This document shows positions 1-8,894 of a DNA stretch of 64,000 bases, in pieces. The DNA is taken from NCBI GenBank assembly GCA_963724395.1, contig CAVRUK010000006.1, positions 2,445,731 through 2,509,730 of the forward strand. The letters are read 5' to 3'. The DNA comes from an uncultured delta proteobacterium (lineage in GTDB: Bacteria; Desulfobacterota; Binatia; Binatales; Binataceae). Both the position numbers and the translations under genes were made by a program. Each line of letters opens with the position of its first letter. The first letter of the stretch is position 1. Below the pieces are notes generated by a model. The model was not told the DNA's origin, did no database searches, and worked only from the letters and a program-made list of their open reading frames with translations.

Positions 1-479
1 CGGCGCGAATCGCGACGCGGCTCGAGGAACTTCATCCCGAGCCCACGATTTTTCCGTCGGGCTGGCGCGGGATGCATCTCGTGCTCGCCGACTATATCGA
101 CAACCATCTCGAGGACTCGCTCTATCGCGTCGCGCTGGCCGACGAACTCGCGTACTACAGCCGCCAAGGTGCGGATCGCGCCGCGCTATGGCGCCTTATC
201 CGCGAGCGCAAGTACGGAGCGGGTTTCGTCGATCGAGTAATCGCGGACGATGCGGCCAACTGGGAGCGCGCCCGCGCCGCGCTCGCGCCGTTCGAGGAGC
301 AACTCGCGAGCATGCCGTTCCTCACCGGCAGGATCGGGCTGGCGGATTTCGCGCTCTACGGCCAGTTGTTCTACCTGGCGTTCACGGGCGAGCTGAAAAT
401 TCCCGCCGACATGAAAAATCTGCGCGCGTTCTTCGGGCGCGTTGAGCGAATCAGCTCGGTGGTCGAAGAAGCCACTTAA
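1..479 (+). CDS. Glutathione S-transferase family protein (5' truncated by window edge)
   Basis: Frame open from position 3 (RIATRLEELHPEPTIFP); GST C-terminal motif PFLTGRIGLADFALYGQL. Confidence 0.75.
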   Translation, partial: ARIATRLEELHPEPTIFPSGWRGMHLVLADYIDNHLEDSLYRVALADELAYYSRQGADRAALWRLIRERKYGAGFVDRVIADDAANWERARAALAPFEEQLASMPFLTGRIGLADFALYGQLFYLAFTGELKIPADMKNLRAFFGRVERISSVVEEAT

Positions 480-578
480 TTTAATGTGATACCCGCGGTG
501 GGTTTCACACTTCCTTCGGCAGGGGTGACCCCTGCACCCACTGCCAAGACTAAGATGCGGGACTTCGTCCCTGTTAGG
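474..578 (-). repeat. Dispersed double-hairpin repeat, copy A
   Basis: Reverse complement nearly identical to 3185-3288: GGGTGCAGGGGTCACCCCTGCC...GTGTGAAACCC-ACCGC-GGGTATCACAT...AATTAAGT. Confidence 0.9.
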
Positions 579-610
579 AAGTTGTTGGCGGAGGAGACAG
601 AAAGAAGTTG

Positions 611-1054
611 CTAGACGATTTCCGCGATAGCGGTGGTCAGGAAGTGGCTGAAGAGCGCGCCGGTCGAGTCCAGCGCTACATCATATAGCGACGCGGTGCG
701 GCCCGGCACGAACGCCTGATGGCCCTCGTCGGTCAGCGCGTACACGACGCACAGCATCAACGCAAGGTACGGCCGCTGCGCCATCGGACCGCGAATCAGC
801 AGCCAGAAAAGTATTCCGTACTCGGTAAAATGCGCGCACTTGCGGATCAGCATGTGCCAGACGTCGACCGACGCGGCGCTGATTCCGGGAATCAACCATC
901 GCAGGGCCGGATCGATGATCTTGCCGGTGTTGGCCGCGGAGAACGCCGAGGTCGAAAGTGTGAAGATCAGCGCGCCCCACAGAATTACCGGGATCCATTC
1001 ACGGAGCGGGGCCGGCGTCGAGCCTCCGGCTGACAGAGTTTCCGCCGCTGCCAT
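611..1054 (-). CDS. VanZ family membrane protein
   Basis: IRKCAHFTEYGIL, YALTDEGHQAFVPGR and DVALDSTG are VanZ-like motifs; start uncertain (1054 or 1093). Confidence 0.85.
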   Translation of the reverse strand: MAAAETLSAGGSTPAPLREWIPVILWGALIFTLSTSAFSAANTGKIIDPALRWLIPGISAASVDVWHMLIRKCAHFTEYGILFWLLIRGPMAQRPYLALMLCVVYALTDEGHQAFVPGRTASLYDVALDSTGALFSHFLTTAIAEIV

Positions 1055-1228
1055 CAGGTGGCCGTCGTTTTCGCGACCGCTGCCCGAGGGCAACAGTCGG
1101 AAGGCATCCAGGGATTCCGGTCGAGCCGATTTTTCATATAGGCCCTAAACGTGCCACACTTCTTGCTTGTCGCTGCGAACTGCCATTGAGCGCGCGCCCC
1201 GTCACTATCCTACAAGGAAGGCCGCAAC

Positions 1229-2752
1229 ATGGACAATCAGATAACTATCCAACGAGCCCAGCCAGCGCCGCCCTGCACGGTGGTGATTTTCGGCGCGTCG
1301 GGCGATCTCGCCAAGCGCAAGCTGATTCCGTCGCTGTACAATCTGGTCGCGTGCGGCGAGGGCATGATGCCGGCGAAGAGCGCGGTGCTCGGATTCGCGC
1401 GGCGCGAAATGTCGCTCGACGATTTCCGCAAAAGTGCGCACGATTGGACCGTCCGCTTCTCGCGCCTGAAAGTTGACGAGGCCTGCTGGACCAAGTTCGC
1501 CGGCGGGCTGGACTATCTGTCCGGCCTCGACCATCCCGACGGCTTCGCAAAACTTAAAGTGAAACTTGAAGCCTTGGAAAAGGCGCGCGGCCTCCCGCCC
1601 AACCGAGTCTATTACCTGGCGATTCCGCCCGAAGCGATTGGCGAGTCGGTCGAGCGGCTGTCGAAGGCCGGCCTGATCGCCGCTCCAACCGCGCCTAACT
1701 TCAGCCGGGTCGTCGTCGAAAAACCGATCGGCCACGACCTGTCGAGCGCGCTCGAAGTCAACCGCGTGATGCTGAAGTACCTCGACGAGTCGCAGATTTA
1801 TCGAATCGATCATTACCTCGGCAAGGAGACCGTGCAGAACCTGTTGGCGCTGCGCTTCTCGAATAATATTTTCGAGCGCCTGTGGGGCAGCCGCAACGTC
1901 GATCACGTCCAGATCACGGTGTCGGAGGCCGAAGGGGTCGGCAGCCGCGCCATGTACTACGATCACTCGGGCGCGCTGCGCGACATGGTACAGAACCACA
2001 TCCTGCAGACGCTCTCGATGCTCACGATGGAAGCGCCGGTGTCGCTCGACTCCGCGGCGATTCGCGACGCCAAGCTGAACGTGTTGCGCACACTTCGCCC
2101 TATCACGAGGGAGCATGCGCGCGAAAATACCGTGCGGGCGCGCTACGCCGCGGGCGTCGACGAGAACGGCAAGCCTGCTCCCGCCTACATGGACGAACAA
2201 GGCATCGCGGACAACTCGCGCACCGAGACGTTCGTCGCGTTGAAGACCTACATCGACAATTGGCGATGGTCTGGGGTGCCCTTTTTCATTCGCACCGGCA
2301 AGCGGATGAAGGCGCGCGCGAGTTCCATTTACGTCCAGTTCAAGGACGTGCCGCAAATTCTGTTCAATCGCGATTCGAAGATTCCCGCCAACGCTCTGAC
2401 GATTCGCATTCAGCCCGACGAAGGCTTTTCGTTCGACGTGATGACCAAGCGGCCGGGTCTGGACCTGGTGCTGCAACCGGTGCGGATGAATCTCAGCTAC
2501 AACGCGGCGTTCGGGGCCGGCGCTTCGCCCGAAGGATACGAACGGCTGCTGCTCGACGTGATGGACGGCGACCATACGCTGTTCATCAGCGCGCAGTTCG
2601 TCGAGAAGTCGTGGCAGTTCGTGCAGGGAATCCTAGATTCGTGGAGCGACGGCGCGCGCGTGCCGATGGTCGAGTATCCAGCCGGAAGCTGGGGCCCGAA
2701 AGAGGCCGACGACCTGATTCGCACGGTCGGACGAGTATGGCATGAGCCGTAG
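1229..2752 (+). CDS. zwf: Glucose-6-phosphate 1-dehydrogenase
   Basis: GASGDLAKRKL, RIDHYLGKETVQN, RDMVQNH, RWSGVPF motifs. Confidence 0.97.
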   Translation: MDNQITIQRAQPAPPCTVVIFGASGDLAKRKLIPSLYNLVACGEGMMPAKSAVLGFARREMSLDDFRKSAHDWTVRFSRLKVDEACWTKFAGGLDYLSGLDHPDGFAKLKVKLEALEKARGLPPNRVYYLAIPPEAIGESVERLSKAGLIAAPTAPNFSRVVVEKPIGHDLSSALEVNRVMLKYLDESQIYRIDHYLGKETVQNLLALRFSNNIFERLWGSRNVDHVQITVSEAEGVGSRAMYYDHSGALRDMVQNHILQTLSMLTMEAPVSLDSAAIRDAKLNVLRTLRPITREHARENTVRARYAAGVDENGKPAPAYMDEQGIADNSRTETFVALKTYIDNWRWSGVPFFIRTGKRMKARASSIYVQFKDVPQILFNRDSKIPANALTIRIQPDEGFSFDVMTKRPGLDLVLQPVRMNLSYNAAFGAGASPEGYERLLLDVMDGDHTLFISAQFVEKSWQFVQGILDSWSDGARVPMVEYPAGSWGPKEADDLIRTVGRVWHEP

Positions 2753-2755
2753 AGG

Positions 2756-3112
2756 ATGAATTTAATGGCAACCGACGCTTGCTGTACTGCTGAAAATTCC
2801 GCGGCCGAATTGCCGCTGGCGTGCGACCTGAGCGCGATCTCCGCGAGCGATCGCCCGCGCTACAACGAACTGCGCCGGATGCTCGCGGCCGCAGTCACCG
2901 GCAAGCGCGAACTGGCCGACGGTATCGCGGTTCAAATCTCGACCGAGCGCATGGCGCTGCCACAGCTCGCGGAATGGATCTCCTTAGAGCGCAAATGCTG
3001 CCCGTTTTTCGAATTTCGAATCGACGTCGCGCCCGCGTCCGGCCCCGTGTGGCTGAGCCTGACGGGCCGCCCCGGCGTCAAGGAATTCCTGTCGCAAGCT
3101 TTTGCGCGGTAA
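2756..3112 (+). CDS. Small Cys-containing hypothetical protein (possible metal binding)
   Basis: ACC...ACDL...ERKCCPFF; starts 3 nt after the zwf stop. Confidence 0.7.
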   Translation: MNLMATDACCTAENSAAELPLACDLSAISASDRPRYNELRRMLAAAVTGKRELADGIAVQISTERMALPQLAEWISLERKCCPFFEFRIDVAPASGPVWLSLTGRPGVKEFLSQAFAR

Positions 3113-3150
3113 CGGCGAGAACTCTGCTCGCATCGGGCGCGGCACCGGGT

Positions 3151-3174
3151 TTCTTCGCTGCGCTCAGAATGACA
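3151..3174. repeat. Half of a REP-like palindrome
   Basis: TTCTTCGCTGCGCTCAGAATGACA resembles one arm of a widespread intergenic REP-type palindrome; no partner arm visible. Confidence 0.5.
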
Positions 3175-3184
3175 CAAAAAATAG

Positions 3185-3288
3185 TTCTAACAGGACGAAG
3201 TCCCGCATCTTCTCTTGTCATTGGGTGCAGGGGTCACCCCTGCCGAAGGAAGTGTGAAACCCACCGCGGGCTTCACACAAAATTAAGT
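3185..3288 (+). repeat. Dispersed double-hairpin repeat, copy B
   Basis: GCAGGGG-TCA-CCCCTGC hairpin, GTGTGAAACCC-ACCGC-GGGCTTCACAC hairpin, AATTAAGT end. Confidence 0.9.
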
Positions 3289-3403
3289 TCCCTTCGTCCG
3301 CTCCCGCACTGCTTTCCACCTGTGGCATAGCTGACCGTCCTCGGCTAACATCTCTCGCCGCACACTCGGCGAAATCGCAATTTCACCAGGATCGGAGAGC
3401 TAA

Positions 3404-4690
3404 TTGGCCGACAACAACAAGGTCGTAATTATCGGCGCCAACGGCACGATGGGCGCGGGCGCGGGATGCGTATTTGCCGGCGCCGGGTACAAGGTCACGA
3501 TGCTGGCGCGGTCGCCGGGCAAGGCGGCCGAAGGCTTGACCGATGCGCAGAACGACGCGCGCGCGGAAGCAATCGCGGAGCGAATCTCGCTCGGCGCCTA
3601 CGACACCGACCTCGACCGCGCGGTTGGCGAGGCCGCGATAGTCTTCGAGTCGCTCGCCGAAGATCTGCCGCTAAAGAAACAATTCTTCGAGCTGATCGAC
3701 AAGAGCCGGCGTCCCGAGGCGATTATTGCGACCGGCTCTTCGGGACTATCGATCGCACAGATGGCGCGCGGGCGCAGCGATTCGTTTCGCCGCAATTTCC
3801 TCGGCATCCACCTCTTCAATCCGCCGCACGTGATAGTCGGCACCGAAGTCATCCCGGGACCCGATACCGATCCCGCTGTCGTCAAGAACGTCGTGGCAAT
3901 GCTGACGAAACGGCTCGGCCGCAAGGTGATCGTCACGAAGGACATGCCCGCATTCGTCGGCAACCGGGTCGGCTTCAAGGTCCTGAACGAAACCGCGCAA
4001 CTGGCGGCCGAGCACGGCGTCGCGTATGTCGATTATCTGATCGGACCGCATACCGGGCGCGCGATGGCGCCGCTGGCGACCGTCGATCTCGTCGGATGGG
4101 ACGTGCACAAGGCGATCGTCGACAACGTGCATGCGAATTGTGAAGACGAGGCGCACGAATCCTTCGCGATGCCGGCGTACATGAATGCCGCGCTCGCCAA
4201 CGGATGCCTCGGTGACAAGACTCCCGAGCGCGGCGGCTTCTACCGTCGCGCGGGGAAGGAAGTGTTCGTGCTCGATCCGAAAACCGGCGGCCACGAGAAG
4301 CTCCAGAAGCCCGCGCCGATCGAATTCGTCGAGAAGATGAAACAGCTGCATCATGTGGGCCGTTACGCGGAGGCGTTGAAGGTCCTCGCCGACGCGAAGG
4401 GCGCGGACGCCGACCTTTGCCGCCGCGTCGTGCTCGGTTACGTCAGCTACGCGCTCAACCGCGTCGGCGAAGTGGCGGCTAGTGCGGCCGACGTGGACAC
4501 CATAATGTCGTACGGCTTCAACTGGGCGCCGCCGACGGCGATTGTCGATTTGCTCGGCGCGAAAAACACTGTCGCTATGCTGCAAAAGTTGAAGCTGACG
4601 GTGCCCGCGACCGTCGAGCAAGCTGCGTCGCGCGAGGCTAAAATGTTTGCGGGCGGCGTACTCGAATATGGCCGCACCTTTGTTGGATGA
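3404..4690 (+). CDS. 3-hydroxyacyl-CoA dehydrogenase family protein
   Basis: Rossmann IIGANGTMG, ESLAEDLPLK, HLFNPP, KDMPAFVGNR; TTG start after GGAG. Confidence 0.9.
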   Translation: MADNNKVVIIGANGTMGAGAGCVFAGAGYKVTMLARSPGKAAEGLTDAQNDARAEAIAERISLGAYDTDLDRAVGEAAIVFESLAEDLPLKKQFFELIDKSRRPEAIIATGSSGLSIAQMARGRSDSFRRNFLGIHLFNPPHVIVGTEVIPGPDTDPAVVKNVVAMLTKRLGRKVIVTKDMPAFVGNRVGFKVLNETAQLAAEHGVAYVDYLIGPHTGRAMAPLATVDLVGWDVHKAIVDNVHANCEDEAHESFAMPAYMNAALANGCLGDKTPERGGFYRRAGKEVFVLDPKTGGHEKLQKPAPIEFVEKMKQLHHVGRYAEALKVLADAKGADADLCRRVVLGYVSYALNRVGEVAASAADVDTIMSYGFNWAPPTAIVDLLGAKNTVAMLQKLKLTVPATVEQAASREAKMFAGGVLEYGRTFVG

Positions 4691-4734
4691 TTACATTCTG
4701 ATATGATTACGCTAGTAATCAATAGGAGCGCGCG

Positions 4735-5968
4735 ATAGAAACCAGCGCCGGTGTACGTATTGGGCGGAGCGCAAACCGACTTTGCCCGCAATTGGTCGAA
4801 AGAGGGAAAGCATTTCGTCGCGATGATGCGCGAGGCGACTTTGGGCGCGCTCGAGGCTACGAAAATCGAGCCGCGCGAAGTTGAGACAGCTCACGTCGGC
4901 AACTTCGCCGCCGAGCTGTACGCCAAGCAGGGACACATCGGCGCATTTTTCGTCGAGATCGATCCGGCTTTTTCAGGGCTGCCGACCAGCCGTCATGAGG
5001 CGGCATGTGCGTCGGGCTCGATCGCGCTGATCGCGGCGTCGGCTGAGATCGAAGCCGCGCGCTACGACCTGGCGTGCGTGGTCGGCGTCGAGCAAATGAA
5101 GACCGTCGATTCCACCACCGGCGGCGATTACCTGGGCACCGCGGCCTGGTACGAGCGCGAGGCCAAGGGAATCGAGTTCCCGTTTCCGAAACTGTTCGGC
5201 CGCCTCGGCGACGAGTACGACAAGCGCTACGGCCTGAAGGACGAACATCTCGCGCACATTTCGGCGGTGAACTATTCCAACGCCAAGCGCAATCCCAACG
5301 CGCAGACTCGCAACTGGTTCATGAGCGAGAGTCACGCACAGCACGAAAGCAAATTCAACCAGGTCATCGGCGGCCGCATCAAAGTGAGCGATTGCTCGCA
5401 AGTGACTGACGGCTCGGTCGCAATTTTCCTCGCGTCGGAAAAATTCGCGACCGCGTGGGCCAAGCGCAACGGCAAGACGCTCGCCGACATCCCGCGCATC
5501 CTCGGATGGGGCCATCACACGGCGCCGCTCGAATTCGACACCAAGGTTCTCGAGAGCCGCGACAACACCTACGTGCTGCCGCATACGCGACAGGCAATCG
5601 TCGACGCGTTCAAGCGCGCGGGCATCGCGGGCGTCGGCGAGTTGTCGGGAATCGAGACGCACGACTGCTTCACCACCTCCGAGTACATGGCGATCGACCA
5701 CTTCGGAATCACCAAGCCCGGCGAATCGTGGAAGGCGGTCGAGGAAGGCGTGATCGAGCTCGGCGGCAAGCTGCCGATCAATCCGAGCGGCGGGCTAATC
5801 GGCGCGGGCCATCCGGTCGGCGCGACGGGAGTGCGCCAGATGCTCGATTGCCATCGGCAGATAACGCATAGCGCGGGCGACTACCAGGTCGAGAATGCGA
5901 AAAAATTCGCGATGCTGAATATCGGCGGCAGCGGCACCACCAGCTGCGTGTTCATCGTCGGCAAATAA
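4735..5968 (+). CDS. Thiolase (acetyl-CoA acyltransferase, SCP-x-like)
   Basis: EAACASG, IETHDCFT, GHPVGATG; probable start reads AT(a)G-AAA-CCA 6 nt after AGGAG, with an extra base at 4737; next in-frame start is GTG 4751. Confidence 0.92.
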
Positions 5969-5989
5969 GCACGCGATTTGGAATATCTG

Positions 5990-6022
5990 AAGCGGCGGTC
6001 CCGAAACGGATCGCCGCTTTTT
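5990..6022 (+). terminator. Intrinsic terminator after thiolase
   Basis: AAGCGGCGGTCC-CGAAAC-GGATCGCCGCTT followed by a T tract. Confidence 0.8.
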
Positions 6023-6068
6023 CATTTTCCCGATTGGCTCGCGCGCGCCGGCGCGGCACAATCGCCAA

Positions 6069-6983
6069 ATGCCCTGGAAAACACCGTTTACTCTCGTCGA
6101 TGTCTTCACGTCGCGGCCCTTCGGCGGCAACCAGCTTGCGGTCTTTACCGACGCGGCCGCGCTCAGCGCGAGCGAGATGCAGGAGCTGGCGCATGAGATG
6201 AACTTCAGCGAATCGACGTTCGTGATGCCGCCCGAATCTTCGGGCGCGCGCCGCGTCAGGATCTTCACGCCGACGGTGGAAGTTCCGATGGCCGGACATC
6301 CCACCGTCGGCACGACCTGGGTGCTCGCGAGTCGAGGCGAAATCGCGCTCGCATCGGCAAGCGTCGATGCCACGTTGCAACTTGGAATCGGGCCGGTGAC
6401 GGTGACGGTCGAGAGCACTGGCGGCAAGCCGGACTTTGTCTGGATGGCGCATCGCGAGGCGGAATTCGGCGCGAAGCGTACCGATGGCGAGCGGTTCGCG
6501 GAAGCGATCGGAATCGTTGCGGCGGACATCCGCGGCGATCTGCCGATCCAAGTCGTCTCGACCGGCTTTCCGTTCGTTTTTGTCCCGCTCCGCAGTGTCG
6601 AAGCGCTCGGAAGATGCTATCCCAACAAGGTCGCGATCGCCTCGCTGTTCAAGGCGAGTCCGCGCGAGCAGCCGCCTCTCATATATATGTTTGTCGCGCA
6701 ACAGTCGGGCGAATTCTCCGTTCGGTCGCGGATGTTCGCGCCGTTTAACGGAATTGCGGAGGACCCGGCGACCGGAAGCGCTGCGGCTCCGTTCGGCGCA
6801 TACGCCGCGACCTACGGATTAATCAAACCCGCGCCCAAGACTGAATTCCTGATTCGGCAAGGCGTCGAGATGGGACGGCCTAGCGAGATTCGAGTCGAGG
6901 TCGTGCGCAAGGACAGTGGCGCGTTCGCGATCCGAATCGGCGGGCGATGCGCGATCGTCGGCGAAGGCGCGATGTTCCTCTAG
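6069..6983 (+). CDS. PhzF family isomerase/epimerase
   Basis: VDVFT..PFGGNQLAV, EMNFSESTFV, AGHPTVG, EDPATGSA, QGVEMGRPS. Confidence 0.93.
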   Translation: MPWKTPFTLVDVFTSRPFGGNQLAVFTDAAALSASEMQELAHEMNFSESTFVMPPESSGARRVRIFTPTVEVPMAGHPTVGTTWVLASRGEIALASASVDATLQLGIGPVTVTVESTGGKPDFVWMAHREAEFGAKRTDGERFAEAIGIVAADIRGDLPIQVVSTGFPFVFVPLRSVEALGRCYPNKVAIASLFKASPREQPPLIYMFVAQQSGEFSVRSRMFAPFNGIAEDPATGSAAAPFGAYAATYGLIKPAPKTEFLIRQGVEMGRPSEIRVEVVRKDSGAFAIRIGGRCAIVGEGAMFL

Positions 6984-7010
6984 AGCGCGGGCGCGACTAT
7001 TGTTGTGCGC

Positions 7011-7595
7011 ATGGACGAGAGCAAAATGCCGTCAGTAGGCGATCGCGCTCCTGAGTTCGCACTCGCCGACTCTACCGGCATCGTTCGCCGGCTCGACGAC
7101 CTGATCTCCCGGGGAATGTGCGTCGTCGTGTTCTACCGCGGACATTGGTGACCGTTTTGCCTCCGCCAGTTGGCGGACTACTCGGAGCATCTTGAGGATT
7201 TTCGCGCAGCCGGCGCCGAGCTGGTTGCGATTTCCGTGGACGACGCCGCTCGCACCGAGCCGGTGCGTCAGGAACTTGGCATCAAATTTCCGCTGCTATG
7301 CGACACGCGGCGCGAGGTCGTCAAGGCATACGGCTTGCTCAACAGCGGAGAGAAAGGCGGGATAGCATTTCCGGCTTCATTCGTGATCGATAGCAATCGC
7401 GTCGTGCAATTCCGCGCGCTGGAAGAAGTCGCATCGCGGGTCAGCGTGGACCAATTGCTGGGACTGGTGCGCGCACTCGAGCGTGGCACCGCACCGCAAA
7501 CCAAACCGCGTAAGCGCGGCGTCTTCCCCGGACTGATGTTCCTCCGCGCGACGATGAACGCACTTCGGCACGGCGTTACTTCCCCGAATAAGTAG
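7011..7595 (+). CDS. Putative selenoprotein, AhpC/TSA (peroxiredoxin-like) family, UxxC motif
   Basis: ATG 7011 reads MDESKMPSVGDRAPEFALAD...VVVFYRGHW-TGA(7149-7151)-PFCLRQLADY, in frame with track ORF 7170..7595; TGA replaces the first Cys of FYRGxWCPxC. Confidence 0.85.
7152..7178 (+). promoter_or_regulatory. Candidate bacterial SECIS hairpin
   Basis: TCCGCC-AGTT-GGCGGA stem-loop; loop begins 17 nt after the UGA, with G as 2nd loop nt. Confidence 0.55.
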
Positions 7596-7643
7596 CTTTC
7601 CATCGCGGTTTACCGAGCTTATGATTCAGCGCGCGAGGTCTGG

Positions 7644-8894
7644 ATGATTCGTCGGTATCTTGTCGCTCTCTTGTTTTTGCTTGCGGCCGTAATTACCGCG
7701 TGCGCCGGCGGCGGCGTGACCGAGGCGCCGCCGGCGTTCGTCACCAATCGGCAAGGCAACCGGGTCGAAGCGCTCGCGATGACCTCGCCGCGCGCCAACG
7801 CGGCCGCGATTCGGCTGCGCGACGGACGCATTCTGATCTGCGGCGGCACCGCGGCCGGCGAAATCGGTGGCGTGCTGTCGAGCGCCGAGCTGTACGATCC
7901 GGTCGCGCGCACCTTCACGCCGACCGGCGCGATGACCGTCCGGCGGGCCGGGCAAACGATCACGATGCTCCGCGACGGGCGTGTGCTGCTCACAGGCGGC
8001 GTCCAAAATGCCGGCTTTCGCTCGCAGCTCGCCAGCGCGGAGATTTACGATCCGAGCACCGGTGCCTTCAGCGCGACTGGCTCGATGTCGACGCCGCGCG
8101 AAGGTCATACTGCGACGATGCTTCGCGACGGGCGGGTGCTGGTCGTGGGCGGCAGCCCCAACGGCATCCAGACAACGGGCAGCGCCGAGATTTATGATCC
8201 AGCGAGCGGTACGTTCAGCCCCACGGGCCATCTGCACCAGCCGCGCGTCGCGCATGTCGCCGCTCTTCTCGGAACGGGCAAAGTACTGATCGCCGGCGGC
8301 GGCCGCGGCGGCATGCCGGGCGGCTATATCTCGTACGATACCGCCGAAATGTACGATACCTCCACGCGCAGCTTCACTACGATGCGCGCGCATATGAAGA
8401 GCGATCGCGTCGGCGCCGCCGCGGTCAAGCTGAACGACGGACGGGTGCTGATCGTCGGCGGCAAGAGCGGCAGAGTCATCGTCGGCATGCGCACTCTCGC
8501 TTCGATGGCGCCGCTGAACACCGCGGAAATTTACGATCCCGAGTCCGGCGCCTTCACCAAGACCGGCGACATGAGCGCGCCGCATTACCTCGCGACCGCG
8601 ACGATGCTCGACAGTGGAAATGTCCTCGTCGTCGGCGGTTGGACGATCAGGGGGCCGGTCGTCGTCGGGATGCGCGAAGCGGAAGTCTATCAGCCCGAAA
8701 CCAATCGGTTTTCGCACGTCGGCAGCACCAACGTCGCGCGCCTGACGAACACAGCGACCTTGATGAATGATGGCGAGGTGCTGATCGCCGGCGGCATCGC
8801 CGACAAAGCGCTGGTAACCGCCGCAGTCGAATTCTATTCTCCAAAGCAACATCGCTTTCTGATGCTTCCGGAAACTTCCCCGGCCACGGAATGA
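7644..8894 (+). CDS. Kelch-repeat beta-propeller lipoprotein
   Basis: Signal and lipobox (LAAVITAC); about 7 repeats of LxDGRVLxxGG...SAEIYDP..G.F. Confidence 0.88.
   Translation: MIRRYLVALLFLLAAVITACAGGGVTEAPPAFVTNRQGNRVEALAMTSPRANAAAIRLRDGRILICGGTAAGEIGGVLSSAELYDPVARTFTPTGAMTVRRAGQTITMLRDGRVLLTGGVQNAGFRSQLASAEIYDPSTGAFSATGSMSTPREGHTATMLRDGRVLVVGGSPNGIQTTGSAEIYDPASGTFSPTGHLHQPRVAHVAALLGTGKVLIAGGGRGGMPGGYISYDTAEMYDTSTRSFTTMRAHMKSDRVGAAAVKLNDGRVLIVGGKSGRVIVGMRTLASMAPLNTAEIYDPESGAFTKTGDMSAPHYLATATMLDSGNVLVVGGWTIRGPVVVGMREAEVYQPETNRFSHVGSTNVARLTNTATLMNDGEVLIAGGIADKALVTAAVEFYSPKQHRFLMLPETSPATE

Noticed and set aside
1141-1156. sigma54 promoter for the vanZ-like gene (minus strand TGGCACG-TTTA-GGGC)
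   Set aside because: Good -24 element but the -12 lacks TTGC; chance match plausible
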